Positions 9,069 through 19,517 are shown, numbered from the stretch's first letter. The stretch is DNA of 64,000 nt from an uncultured Chloroflexia bacterium (GCA_963700285.1 CAVOXA010000005.1:32001-96000), one strand, 5' to 3'. Notes: generated by a model from the letters alone, not told the origin. Made by a program: numbers and translations.

Positions 9069-11858
9069 ATGGAAGATAAGGTCCGTACAGCCTACCTGAT
9101 CAGGTCGTTCGCCTTGGTTGTTGCCGCCATCGGCGTCAATATCGCGCTGGGCCATTTGGTGCAGTATAGCCTGCAATGGCCCCTGTTTTTGGACTCGATC
9201 GGAACCATCCTGGTTGGCGCCCTGTTGGGGCCACTCGCAGGGGCTGTCACCGGAGCGCTCTCCAATATCATCTGGGGGAGTTTGCTGGGCGACCCATCGA
9301 TATTGCCTTATTCCATCACCGCCGCCTTCATCGGCTGGGCCGCGGGCTATGCGGCCTCGCTCGGGGCCTTTAGGCGTTTCTCCACGGTGGAGTTGTCCGG
9401 TTTGCTGGTGGGATTCAGCGCGGCACTGATCTCGGCGCCGATTACGGCTTATCTGTTTGGTGGTACCACCGGTGGCGGCACGGACTATCTGACTTCCTAT
9501 CTGACCGCCACGGGCGCCAATGTTTTGCAGGCGGCCACGATCCAGGGCTTCATCAGTGATCCCCTGGACAAGATGATCTCGTTTGCGATCGCCTGGTTGT
9601 TGTGGCGGATCCTGCATCGCCATTATCTGCCCCCCTCACAGCGCGGCGCCTGGTCCTTCGAATCGTTGGCAGGGTACAGTGTATCTGTGGTGGTCAGCCT
9701 CCTGGCCTTGCTGCTGAGTTTCGTCTTTTTGCCGGCGTTTGGTCGCGGCATCTTCTCTCTCTTTTACGTGGCCGTACTCCTGAGCGCATGGCGGGGCGGG
9801 CTCGGGCCGGCGATATTCACCATGGTGGTGGGTGCACTGGCCAATGTTCTGTTGCTGGTGTCGCCCTACTACAATGCGGCGATCACCGCCGAAGATTGGC
9901 TGCGCCTGGGCATCTTTGTCCTCGTGTCCCTGGCGATCGCCGTCATTGCCGACCAATTGGAAAAGAGCAAGCGGGACCTGCAGAAAGCCTTGCAGGCGGA
10001 GCGCGAAAGCCAGGCTCGCATTCGCGCCATCACCGATGGCGTCAACGAAGCCCTGGTTTTGGTCTCCCCCGACCAGCGCATCCTCGACGTCAACCAGCGC
10101 TTTGTGGAGGTTTTCGGTGTTCCCGTGGAGCGTGTGGCCGGCCAGCGCCTGGAAGACATCCGTACGATGTTCGACCAGGTCTTTGCTAAAGCTGGCGAGC
10201 TCTATGAGCTGGCCCTGGCCAGCAGCGCTGACAGCACGCGGGATGATAAGCGCCTCGTGACTCAGAGTTGGCCCCAGGCGCGCGAGCTTGAGCTCTATTC
10301 CACGCCGGTCAGGGATGAAGAGGGGTTCCTGGGCAGGCTCTTTGTGTTCCGCGATGTCACCCACGAGCGGGAAGTGGACCGCATGAAGACCGAGTTCGTA
10401 TCCCTGGTCTCGCACGAACTGCGAACGCCGCTGACATCCATCAAAGGTTTCACCGAGATGGTGTTGGACGGCGATGCGGGCGAGATCAACGAGGAGGTGG
10501 AGGAGTACCTGGGCATCGTCTACAACAATGCCGAACGCCTGGTGGCGCTGGTGAATGATCTCCTCGATATCTCGCGGATCGAGTCGGGGCGCATCCAACT
10601 CAAATCGGAAACCGTCGATCTGGACGAGGTTGTCCGGATGGTAGTAGCCACGATGCAGCAAAAGATCAAGGAGAAAGGGCAAAGCCTCTCGGTAAGCATC
10701 GACCCAGCGGCCACGAGTGTACTGGGTGACAAAGACAAACTGGTACAGGTGTTGACCAACTATGCCAGCAATGCCTACAAGTACACGCAGGCCGGCGGCG
10801 ACATACGCATTGTGATCAGCAAACGGGGCGATTTTGCCCATGTGGCCGTCATCGACAACGGTTTTGGCATCTCGCCCGAGGACCAGGCGCGGCTCTTCAC
10901 CCGTTTCTACCGCGTGGACAACTCGATGACACGCGAGGTGGGCGGCACCGGTCTCGGCCTCTCCATCGTCAAGCAACTGATCGAGTTGCAGGGAGGACAG
11001 ATTGGAGTGGAGAGTGCGCTGGGTGAAGGTTCCACATTCTCCTTCACAGTGCCGCTTGCGGCAGAAGCCGGCGAACCGCCGGTGGAAGTCGAGGCCGCTG
11101 GCCCTCTATCCGAAATGGGTCAGCCTGGGGCAACCATCCTGGTAGTGGAAGACGATCCCGACATCGCCCGCTTGATCGCTCACCATCTGCAGAAGGCAGG
11201 CTACCAAGTGCGTGTGGCCCATTCGGCAGAGGCGGCGGTGGCTGATATCAAGGAGGACCCGCCTGATCTGGTTACCCTGGACCTCGATCTGCCAGGCATG
11301 CAGGGGGAAGAGTTCGCCAGACGGCTTCAAGCCGACCCTCTCACGCACGAGATTCCGGTGTTGATCGTCTCGGTGCTTGTGGACGACCGCGCCGGGATGC
11401 AATTCGGCGCTTTTGCCCTGTCCAAACCGATTGATCAGGAGGAGCTGTTGGCGACGGTTGGCCGGATGCTGCGAGGGGCTCACCGGGGGCCGGTGCTGGT
11501 CATCGACGATGACGCCGATGTGCGCAGGTTGCTCCAAGCCGCACTGGAGAAAAGGGGGTTCCAGGTTGAGACGGCTGAGGATGGAGAAAGCGGCCTTGTT
11601 CGGGCCGGCGAGCATCACCCGGGCCTGATCCTGCTGGACCTGCACATGCCTGGCATGGATGGCTTTGCTGTGCTAAAGGCATTGAAGGAATCCGAGACGA
11701 CGGCCGAGATTCCGGTCATCGCCATGACCGGCAGCCCTGGCTTAAAGACGACAGCCCGGGCGCGCGTGCTGGCATTGGGCGCCTCTGATTTCATCGCCAA
11801 GCCTTTTGACCTGGACATGCTCGTGGAAGAGATTGGTATCTTTTTGGCTGCTCAATAG
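9069..11858 (+). CDS. Hybrid histidine kinase: ECF S-component-like membrane domain + DUF4118-like TMs + PAS + HisKA + HATPase + 2 REC
   Basis: PLFLDSIGTILVGALLGPLAGAVTGALSN...SDPLDK (S-component); FYVAVLLSAWRGGLGPA (DUF4118/KdpD-TM-like); SHELRTPLTSI H-box; NAYKY, DNGFGI and GGTGLGL boxes; two REC domains. Confidence 0.9.
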   Translation: MEDKVRTAYLIRSFALVVAAIGVNIALGHLVQYSLQWPLFLDSIGTILVGALLGPLAGAVTGALSNIIWGSLLGDPSILPYSITAAFIGWAAGYAASLGAFRRFSTVELSGLLVGFSAALISAPITAYLFGGTTGGGTDYLTSYLTATGANVLQAATIQGFISDPLDKMISFAIAWLLWRILHRHYLPPSQRGAWSFESLAGYSVSVVVSLLALLLSFVFLPAFGRGIFSLFYVAVLLSAWRGGLGPAIFTMVVGALANVLLLVSPYYNAAITAEDWLRLGIFVLVSLAIAVIADQLEKSKRDLQKALQAERESQARIRAITDGVNEALVLVSPDQRILDVNQRFVEVFGVPVERVAGQRLEDIRTMFDQVFAKAGELYELALASSADSTRDDKRLVTQSWPQARELELYSTPVRDEEGFLGRLFVFRDVTHEREVDRMKTEFVSLVSHELRTPLTSIKGFTEMVLDGDAGEINEEVEEYLGIVYNNAERLVALVNDLLDISRIESGRIQLKSETVDLDEVVRMVVATMQQKIKEKGQSLSVSIDPAATSVLGDKDKLVQVLTNYASNAYKYTQAGGDIRIVISKRGDFAHVAVIDNGFGISPEDQARLFTRFYRVDNSMTREVGGTGLGLSIVKQLIELQGGQIGVESALGEGSTFSFTVPLAAEAGEPPVEVEAAGPLSEMGQPGATILVVEDDPDIARLIAHHLQKAGYQVRVAHSAEAAVADIKEDPPDLVTLDLDLPGMQGEEFARRLQADPLTHEIPVLIVSVLVDDRAGMQFGAFALSKPIDQEELLATVGRMLRGAHRGPVLVIDDDADVRRLLQAALEKRGFQVETAEDGESGLVRAGEHHPGLILLDLHMPGMDGFAVLKALKESETTAEIPVIAMTGSPGLKTTARARVLALGASDFIAKPFDLDMLVEEIGIFLAAQ

Positions 11859-11957
11859 GCGAACACGGGATACTCGCACAGGTCAGATCTGTGATAGCGG
11901 CCCGGCGATTGAGCGCCTGGCCATAGGGAAAACACCACAAGACTCAGGAGGGAAATT

Positions 11958-12350
11958 ATGTCGATCAAAGTACTTGCTGTAGACGATGAAGACGATGTGC
12001 GCCGTCTCATCCAGATCAAACTCAAGAAAGCTGGTTTCGAGGTTATCACCGCCGTGAATGGCGAAGAAGGCGTGGCGAAATGCAAGTCCGAGAAGCCCGA
12101 TGTGGTGATCATGGACTGGATGATGCCCAAGATGGATGGCCCCACCGCGACGGCCAAGATTAAGGCCGAATGCCATCCCGCTCCCATTGTCCTCATGCTG
12201 ACAGCCAAGGGCGCGGAAAGTGACGTCATACAAGGCCTCGTGGGCGGCGCCGACGACTATATCGTCAAGCCCTTCGCTCCACGCGAGTTGATCGCCCGAG
12301 TCAACGTGGCGCTGGTCAAGGCTGGCAAACAGCCCTTGATTGGCGATTAG
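11958..12350 (+). CDS. Single-domain response regulator (REC only)
   Basis: VLAVDDE, MDWMMP, LTAK and YIVKPF; no output domain; RBS AGGAGG. Confidence 0.92.
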   Translation: MSIKVLAVDDEDDVRRLIQIKLKKAGFEVITAVNGEEGVAKCKSEKPDVVIMDWMMPKMDGPTATAKIKAECHPAPIVLMLTAKGAESDVIQGLVGGADDYIVKPFAPRELIARVNVALVKAGKQPLIGD

Positions 12351-12438
12351 GTCCGGGATCGACAACCCGTTGCCGGCGCTGTCGTACCGGTCCCAGCCAC
12401 CGACAGCACGGCCACTAGCCCTACTCAGGAGAGAATAG

Positions 12439-15400
12439 ATGGACGAGCGACAGGTTCAATCGGATGAGGAGGAGCTCGAACTCCTTGAATACCGGGAGGC
12501 AGCCAGGGAACTTGAGGCTGCCAGGCAGTTGGAAGAAGCCGAATTTATCAGGGAGGGGGATGCTGAGGAAGAGGGCGATCTGGATGAAGGGCCCAGCCTT
12601 GAAACCCAGGAAGCGCCCGCCCACCTCATAGAAGATGACAACGCTCGCCGCCGCTATTGGCAGGCGCAAGGGCTGGTGGAGCTGGAGCAAAGCAACTTTG
12701 CACTAGCTTTGGAGCAGGGCAACGCTGCGCATCAGCGCAGTGCCTATTACCGGCTGGCGGTCTATCATGGGCGCACCATCTCCATCCTGCGCTCGGCGCT
12801 CAGCGCTGGCAATGAGCCGCTGGCCCAGGCCGCCATGCGCAACCTGGCCACCCTGCACCGGGCGATGACGCAGATGCACAAGCAGGCGCCGCATGACGTC
12901 CCGGTGGCGCTGGTCCTGGACCGGTCTGGGCGGGATGAGTTTGCCCGCGACCTGGTGGTTCGGGCCCTGCAGGAAAGCGCAGAACCCCTCGAACTGGACG
13001 GCGTCGTACAGCGGGTGAACGATCTGGATGTGATGGGCGTAGCCAAGGGAACCGTGCAACGGCACCTCAAGGATCTGGCCTCGTCCGGTCATGTGGAAGC
13101 CGTCAGCCAGCGCCCCACTCGCTACGCGCGTACCCAAAGGACCTACGCCGGCATGGAGCTGAATGCTCCCAGCCTGCGCGCCCTGGTGGGACCGGACATC
13201 TACGCCCGGCTGGAGGGAGCAGGGTACGGGGGCCTGGGTGATGTTCTGGGACGACAAAGCTCGTTTCGAGAGGTGTTCAGCCAGGTCACCGGCCTGGGCC
13301 ATACGAGCGCAGCCCTTTTTGTTGACTTGGTCGAGACCTTGCTGGAAGACCGGGCAGTGGAGACCAGCCCCTGGAGCTTCACCGACCTCATTGGTTCGCC
13401 CTACCCGCGGCCCTACCAGTACGAGGCTTACGCGGTTTTCCGGGGCTACGGCTATCACGGACAGCTGGTCGAGGCACCCACCGGCAGCGGGAAGACCATG
13501 ATCGGCATGATGTGCATCCAGGATTGGCTCAAGAGCCTCAGGCCGGGCCAGTCTATCCTAGTTCTCGTGCCTACCAGTAACTACCTGCAGCAATGGTCTG
13601 GTGAGTTGTGCTACAAACCGATCGGGTTGCGTCTGTCGCCGGAGGTGGTCTTTGCCGGGACTCCGAACCAGCTGGAGCGCTTCCAGAAGCGCACGGGCAG
13701 CCATCCGGCCATATTGATGATGACCTACACCGCGCTGGCCCAAGCAGGTTCTGCCATCGGCAAGGGTGGCTTTGACATCGACTCCATCGAGATGTTCCTG
13801 CAAGGGGCCAACGTGCAATACGTCGTCCTGGACGAAGTGCACAAGGTTGCCGAGAATCTGAACAGCGTGTCCTCCGATGTCATCCGTCTCATGCTGGAAT
13901 GGCTGCACGATGGTAGCGTGCAGGGCCTGATCGGCTTCACTGGCACGGCCGAGGCCTACCGGTCCCGCTTTGCCAAATTGGGTCTGCAATTGGTCTATAG
14001 CATCCCCATCGACGAGCTGATCGCTGCCGGCTTCGTCGCTCCCTTTGCCGAGCTGGGAGCCCCGTTCTCCTACTCCGCGCGTGAGCGGCGCATCCGTGAC
14101 TTGCTGGACTCCTACAAAGCACAGACCAGCGCCTTCATGGAGTTGGTGGGCGGTGACCAATTGCGCGCCTGGTTCGCTGAAATCCCCCTGGATGAGCGCG
14201 TGGCCGTCGGCCACGACCTGTTGAACATGTACCAGGGCCGCAAGGACTGGGAGTCTGCCCTGCGGAAGCGCCTGTCCGGATGGGAGTCGGGTGGGAGCCT
14301 GCAACTCACGGAGACGAAGCTGGTGACCATGGTCCAGCTTCTCCGGCGGTGGACCGATGAAGATATGGTGCGCGAAGCGGGCGCCGGCGAGGATGCGTTC
14401 CTGCAACTGGTTGCCGAGATCAACGGTATTCGCTCGCAGTTAGCGGAGCTGATCTACCTGCCTTCGACCCTGAAGCGCTTGCAGATGCCTGGGTTCACTA
14501 CCAACTTCGAGGTGGAAGCCATGCGCCTGGCCTTTGCCCAGGCGACCAACCAGGCTTCTCGCAACGAGGCGGTCAAGGATGGGTTGTCCACCACCATCGT
14601 CGGCCTGTATGAAGGGCTGAGCGAGTGGTACCGGCGCGTTGGAGAAGGCCGGGTGGAGACGATCAAGGCTGTGATCGAAGCGGAGCGGGCCACCCGTGCG
14701 GTGAGCGGCATCATCGTTTTCGACAATGCCCGCCGGATCAACTGGAAGCAGGGCCTGGCCATGCCCGGCTATGAAGGCCTGGGCGGGCTGTACGCCCAGT
14801 TGCTGGGCGACGAGCGCTTCACGCCCTACGCCGTGCTGTCCAGCGAGCAGTATCTGCCCTACGACGAGGAGGATCCGCTGCCGCCGCGCATCTCGACCTT
14901 TGTGGAACAGGAGCTGATGCGTGGCGAAATCGCCCAGGCGATGTTTGATTTGGTCTTCCAGGGGGTGGATTTACCCTCTACAACCTATGAGAACCTGCGC
15001 GATCGTTGGGACGCCCTCATCGATGGCTATATTCCCAGGCTGGGCAACGTGCATGCAGCCCGCCCCGGTGACTTTGGCCGGCGTGTGCTACGTTCCATGC
15101 GGCGGCGTATCCGGGCCGTGGACATGGGCTTTGCCGGAGAACGCTTGCTCTCCCGTATGGACCTGCGCAATATCCACTTTGCCGACCTGGTGGGCACCTT
15201 TTTCGATTATGCCATCATTGCCCGCTACTTCCGCCAGGCCAGGGTCGCGGAACTGGAGCAGGTCAGCGGCGCCCGGCAGAAATTCTTTGTCATCCCCATG
15301 TCCAGCGGCAGTCGCAAGCTGCTGATGTACGACCTCACCTCGCGCATCGTCGACGCCGAGTCGCTGCCCGATCAACATGGTGGTCGTGTCCAGTTGGGCC

Positions 15401-16102
15401 CGCACCGGCTGGAACGTGATTTCCCCCAACGTGCTCATCGACGCCACGGCGACCCGTGATGTCACCGCCTGGCAGCAACTGCGCGGCCGGGCGATACGCG
15501 CCCGGCGTACCTGGACCAACGACTGCTATCGCCTGATCATGGCGCTCATTGGCAGCCAGATGCACGGCCTGGTGGATCACGAGGACATGCCCGAAGATGT
15601 GGCCGACGTTCTGGGACAGGTTGAGCAGCAGCAGGGTGAGATCGTGTTGGACGACCGCCTGAAGGCGCTGCTGGCCGAGGTCACGGAGGCTGAACTGTAC
15701 GGGCGCGTTCAAGCCCGGGGTTTGTCGAGCCTGACGGATGAAGAGCGGACCGAGGTTGCCATCGCCCTCATGCGCCACTATAACAAGGTCACCCACATCT
15801 TTGAGTTGGTGAAGGCCTACGGATCGACCAGCCAGGTAGAGTACAATCGCCCGGAGCGGGTATGGCAGCGCCGGGCCAACATCGCTGCCAAACACGAGTA
15901 CGAGGTTGCCGTCAATCCCTTTAGCGGCCAGAAACTGACAGGCGACGGCCACGCTCCCTTGGTGTATGCCCAGGACCCGCGCGCCGACGTGCCCGCCGAG
16001 CTGCAGCAGCACCTGGTTGAGGCCGTCGACGGCAGCGATGACCGGATCGTCGCTGGCTGGCTTCAGTATAGCCTGCCAGGGGGTGCCCTCAGCGAGCAGT
16101 AG
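12439..16102 (+). CDS. Large SF2 (DExH, ResIII/XPB-like) helicase with N-terminal acidic region, wHTH and HhH; one frameshift near 15370
   Basis: Q-motif PRPYQ; Walker A APTGSGKT; LVPT; DEVH; GFTGT; after the frameshift, motif V (WARTGWNV) and motif VI (QQLRGRAIR) in ORF 15377-16102. Confidence 0.85.
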
Positions 16103-16110
16103 TCATGATC

Positions 16111-16137
16111 GGGGCCGGGGGACCGGCCCCTTTTCTT
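16111..16137 (+). terminator. Rho-independent terminator after the helicase
   Basis: GGGGCCGG-ggga-CCGGCCCC followed by TTTTCTT. Confidence 0.8.
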
Positions 16138-16175
16138 AGCATCACCTGCGCAAGCATACTCACCGCGAACCGCCG

Positions 16176-16277
16176 TCTCAACAATTCGGATGAGAAGATG
16201 CCTGCTCTGAGGCATCTTTTTCTTTGGGAGAATTCATGGTTATTATCGATGCGGCTCGCGTGAAAAACTGCTAAACT
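16176..16277 (+). promoter_or_regulatory. Conserved upstream module, copy 2, ending in extended -10 TGCTAAACT
   Basis: Ungapped homology to 2280-2381; contains the perfect hairpin AAGATGCCT-gctctg-AGGCATCTT followed by TTTCTTT. Confidence 0.7.
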
Positions 16278-16424
16278 GGAGTCATCTATGAGCCTTGAGA
16301 GGGTGTCTGGCATGCTGTAGCGCTTCGCTGTCAAGGGACTAGGTAGCAAACGTCCTGGACGTATCCAGCAGCATCGACAACTCCTGTCTCGAACAAATCC
16401 AATCTGCAGAAAGAGGTACCTGAC

Positions 16425-16802
16425 ATGGCATTAGGCTTAATTCTCGGAATCGTCAACTGAGTGGTCCTGAACGCGCTGATCATCTGGATCGTGGGCAAGC
16501 TCAATCTGGGCCTGCGCGTCAGCGGCTTTGGCGGCGCCATCCTGGCGGCCATCATCATCGCCGTCGTGAGCTGGGTCATCGCCTGGCTTCTGGGCCTACT
16601 GGGCATCACGATCGGGGGCGGGCTTCTGGGTGCAATCGTGTCCCTCATCATTGCCGCGGTCGTCTTGCTGATCAGCGACAGGATCCTCCCCGGGCTGGAG
16701 GTCAAGGGTTTCTCGGGAGCGATCATCGCCGCCATCGCCATCGCGGTCGTGCACTGGCTCATCGCCTGTGCGCTCGCGACACTGGGCATGGCCCTTGCCT
16801 AG
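16425..16802 (+). CDS. Phage-holin-like (YvlD/DUF360) 4-TM membrane protein; in-frame TGA at codon 12
   Basis: Two internal repeats (GLRVSGFGGAILAAIII / GLEVKGFSGAIIAAIAI); RBS GAGGT then ATG 16425 in frame with ORF 16461, interrupted by TGA 16458-16460. Confidence 0.75.
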
Positions 16803-16810
16803 GCTTGCAA

Positions 16811-16852
16811 GGGACCGCCCGGCCACAGGTTGGGCGGTCCCCCTCTTTTTTG
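16811..16852 (+). terminator. Rho-independent terminator
   Basis: GGGACCGCCC...GGGCGGTCCC stem followed by CTCTTTTTT. Confidence 0.8.
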
Positions 16853-17093
16853 TTACGCCTGGGCTCCATCGTGCCAACCCTGCGGGGGCTTGGGATTCTC
16901 GCAGATCCCTTGAGTAATGGGAGGCAACGAAATGAGTAAGGTCTATTTACAAAGAGCGGGTGCCCTGCCCGATGAGCTATTGGGGCGTGTTGAAGAAGAC
17001 GGCCGAATAATCGCGAATGATCATCACGAAAAGCGATGCGCGGTGGACAAAGATCTGCTACACTCGCATCCAAACTTACAAGAGGTGTCACCT

Positions 17094-19442
17094 ATGAAAA
17101 CGAATCGTTTCTTTTTCTTGGTCTTGGGACTTTTAGTCGTGGGGCTGCTGGTCGCGGCATGCGGCTCGGAGACGCCCACAGCCACGCCGGAGCCACCGGC
17201 GCCTACTATTGAAGTACTGCCAACCGATACAGCCGTGCCAGTTGTGCCTACGGTGCCTCCGCCGACACCCGGCGCGCAGCTAGATGACACCCTGCAGCGG
17301 GTGCAGTCCTCTGGACACATGGTGGTGGGGACGTCGGCCGACTATCCACCCTTTGAGTCCTATAACTCCGACTTCCAGCTCGATGGCTTTGACATCGCCT
17401 TGATGGACGAGATTGCCCGGCGGCTGGGCGTTACGGTCGACTATCACGACATCGCCTTCCAGGGCTTGGGTGACGCCATCCAGTCCAAGCAAGTTGACCT
17501 GGCCATTGCCGCCATCTCGGCAAATCCCGAGCGGGCGCAGGTGATGGACTTTTCCAACGTGTATTACATCAGCGAGGATGGGGTCCTGGCTGGCAAGGAT
17601 TCAAGCATTGCCGCCCTAACGTCGCCAGCCGATCTGGCCGCCTGGCGCGTAGGCGTCGAGCGGGGCTCGGTCTTTGAGGGCTGGCTCGAGAACACGCTGG
17701 TGAGCACGGGCCAGATGCCCCAGACCAACCTGTTCGCCTACGAGAAGGCCGGGGATGCGACGCGGGACCTGCAGGAGCAACGGCTAGACCTGGTTGTGAT
17801 GGATCTTCTGCCGGCCGAGGCGGCGCTGGCTGGGGGACAGCTCAAGCTGGTGGGGCAGGGACTGAACCAGGAGCGGTTCGCGATTGCCCTGCCCAAGGGC
17901 GAAGACACGCTCCGGGATGAGGTCAACCGCATCCTGACCGACCTGCAGAACGAGGGTGTGCTCGCCCAGTTGGCACAGCAATACCTGGGCATCGATCCTG
18001 CCGCGCTTGTCCCCCTGCCGCCAGCCGAGGCTCCGACGCCCACCCCCCAACCAGTTGCAGCGGCGCCCACCCAGGCGCCTGCGGCCCAGCCATCTGCACC
18101 GGCACCTACCCAGGCGCCGGCAGCCCAGCCGGCCTGCAGCGATGCCATGGTCTTTGTCCAACATCTCAACTACGATGACCGGGGCATGTCTGCGCCGGCC
18201 CAGTTCAATCCAGGCGCGCAGTTCACCAAGGGCTGGCGGGTGCAGAACACCGGCACCTGCACCTGGAACACCGGATACCAGCTTGTTTTTGCCAGTGGAA
18301 ATGTGCCGCAGGCCAAGATGGGCGGCAGCCCGGTGAAGGTGGCGCGCCAGGTGCAGCCCGGCGAGAGCTATGACGTCCAGCTCAACCTCGTTGCACCGCT
18401 CAAGGTGGGTACCTACCAGGGCCTGTGGCAGTTGCAGAACGGCAAGGGCCAGGCTTTTGGCGAGCGGCTACCGGTCGGCGTACAGGTGGTTGCCCAGCCG
18501 GCGCCCACGCCGAAACCGACCCAGCCGCCCGCGGCCGGTATCAACTTCAGTGTGAACCGCACGGACATCCGGAACGGCGAATGTGTAGACTTTACCTGGC
18601 GGGTGGACAACGTCAACGCGGTCTATTTCTATCGCGAAGGCAAGAACTGGGAGAACCATGGTGTGGGCGGCGATGGGCGCCAGCAGGAGTGCCCGGCTCA
18701 CACCCAGACCTACAACCTGCGGGTCGTCAAGCGTGACAACTCGGTGGATACCCGGCAGATCACCATCGGTGTCGAAGAGCCGCCCGCTCAGGCCGATGCC
18801 CCCAACATCAAGCGCTTCACGGTCGAACCTGGGACGGTCAACCTCGGCGACTGTGTGGACATTCGCTGGAACGTCGAGGGCAACATCGACAAGATCACGG
18901 TCTGGTTCGAGGGCACGGCTTTGTGGGAAGGCGCGCCGGTGAAGGGGAACACCCAGCACTGCCCGGAGGGCGCCGGACCTGTGGGCTATAGCCTCGAGGC
19001 GACGGCCATCGGCGGGGCTACCAGCCGCAGCCAGCAGACCATCACCGTGGTTGCAGACCAGCCCGTGCCTCAGCCGACGGAGGTCCCCGAGTTCCCAGAT
19101 CCGCCGACGATCGATGGCTTTGGCGTCAGCCCGAGCGAGATTAACGTTGGCGAATGTGTGACCATCAACTGGTCCACGGGGGGCGGCACCAGCTACGTCC
19201 GGATCCTGCGCAATGGCAGCATCATCCTTGATGACGCCGGCTTCAGCGGCCAGGAAACCGATTGTCCGGCGGCGGGCGAATACTACTACCAGTTGGAGGC
19301 CCACAACCCCTACGAGGTGGTGGAGACTCGGGATGCGACGGTCCTGGTCTGGGATTCTTCCCCGGAGATGATCGTCGACCCAACTGAGGAGCCCGCTGAT
19401 ACAGAGGCCATCACCGTCACCGAAACGATCACAAACCCCTAG
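17094..19442 (+). CDS. Lipoprotein: polar amino-acid substrate-binding domain (SBP family 3) + Pro/Ala linker + NBR1-Ig (FW) domain + three Ig-like repeats
   Basis: Lipobox LVAAC; GTSADYPPFE and DGFDIAL; FTKGWRVQNTGTCTW...GTYQGLWQLQN..G..FG (NBR1-Ig); 3x F.V....I..G(E/D)CV...W; RBS GAGGTG. Confidence 0.88.
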   Translation: MKTNRFFFLVLGLLVVGLLVAACGSETPTATPEPPAPTIEVLPTDTAVPVVPTVPPPTPGAQLDDTLQRVQSSGHMVVGTSADYPPFESYNSDFQLDGFDIALMDEIARRLGVTVDYHDIAFQGLGDAIQSKQVDLAIAAISANPERAQVMDFSNVYYISEDGVLAGKDSSIAALTSPADLAAWRVGVERGSVFEGWLENTLVSTGQMPQTNLFAYEKAGDATRDLQEQRLDLVVMDLLPAEAALAGGQLKLVGQGLNQERFAIALPKGEDTLRDEVNRILTDLQNEGVLAQLAQQYLGIDPAALVPLPPAEAPTPTPQPVAAAPTQAPAAQPSAPAPTQAPAAQPACSDAMVFVQHLNYDDRGMSAPAQFNPGAQFTKGWRVQNTGTCTWNTGYQLVFASGNVPQAKMGGSPVKVARQVQPGESYDVQLNLVAPLKVGTYQGLWQLQNGKGQAFGERLPVGVQVVAQPAPTPKPTQPPAAGINFSVNRTDIRNGECVDFTWRVDNVNAVYFYREGKNWENHGVGGDGRQQECPAHTQTYNLRVVKRDNSVDTRQITIGVEEPPAQADAPNIKRFTVEPGTVNLGDCVDIRWNVEGNIDKITVWFEGTALWEGAPVKGNTQHCPEGAGPVGYSLEATAIGGATSRSQQTITVVADQPVPQPTEVPEFPDPPTIDGFGVSPSEINVGECVTINWSTGGGTSYVRILRNGSIILDDAGFSGQETDCPAAGEYYYQLEAHNPYEVVETRDATVLVWDSSPEMIVDPTEEPADTEAITVTETITNP

Positions 19443-19454
19443 TTTCGCCACCAG

Positions 19455-19485
19455 GGAGGGCGGCAAGGGACACTTGCCGCCCTCC
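19455..19485 (+). terminator. 13-bp stem-loop downstream of the SBP gene
   Basis: GGAGGGCGGCAAG-ggaca-CTTGCCGCCCTCC. Confidence 0.55.
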
Positions 19486-19517
19486 TAGGCCCAATCAGGA
19501 AGGACAAGACCAGGCAG

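Noticed and set aside
16425-16802. Holin annotation suggesting a prophage
   Set aside because: YvlD-type proteins are commonly chromosomal; no endolysin, integrase or structural phage genes in the window
16917-17093. 59-aa N-terminal extension of the SBP ORF (MSKVYLQRAG...GRVEEDGRI)
   Set aside because: The real start is 17094 (RBS plus signal peptide); the extension may be a gene remnant but cannot be identified
18060-18135. Direct repeat encoding APTQAPAAQP twice
   Set aside because: Ordinary low-complexity Pro/Ala linker
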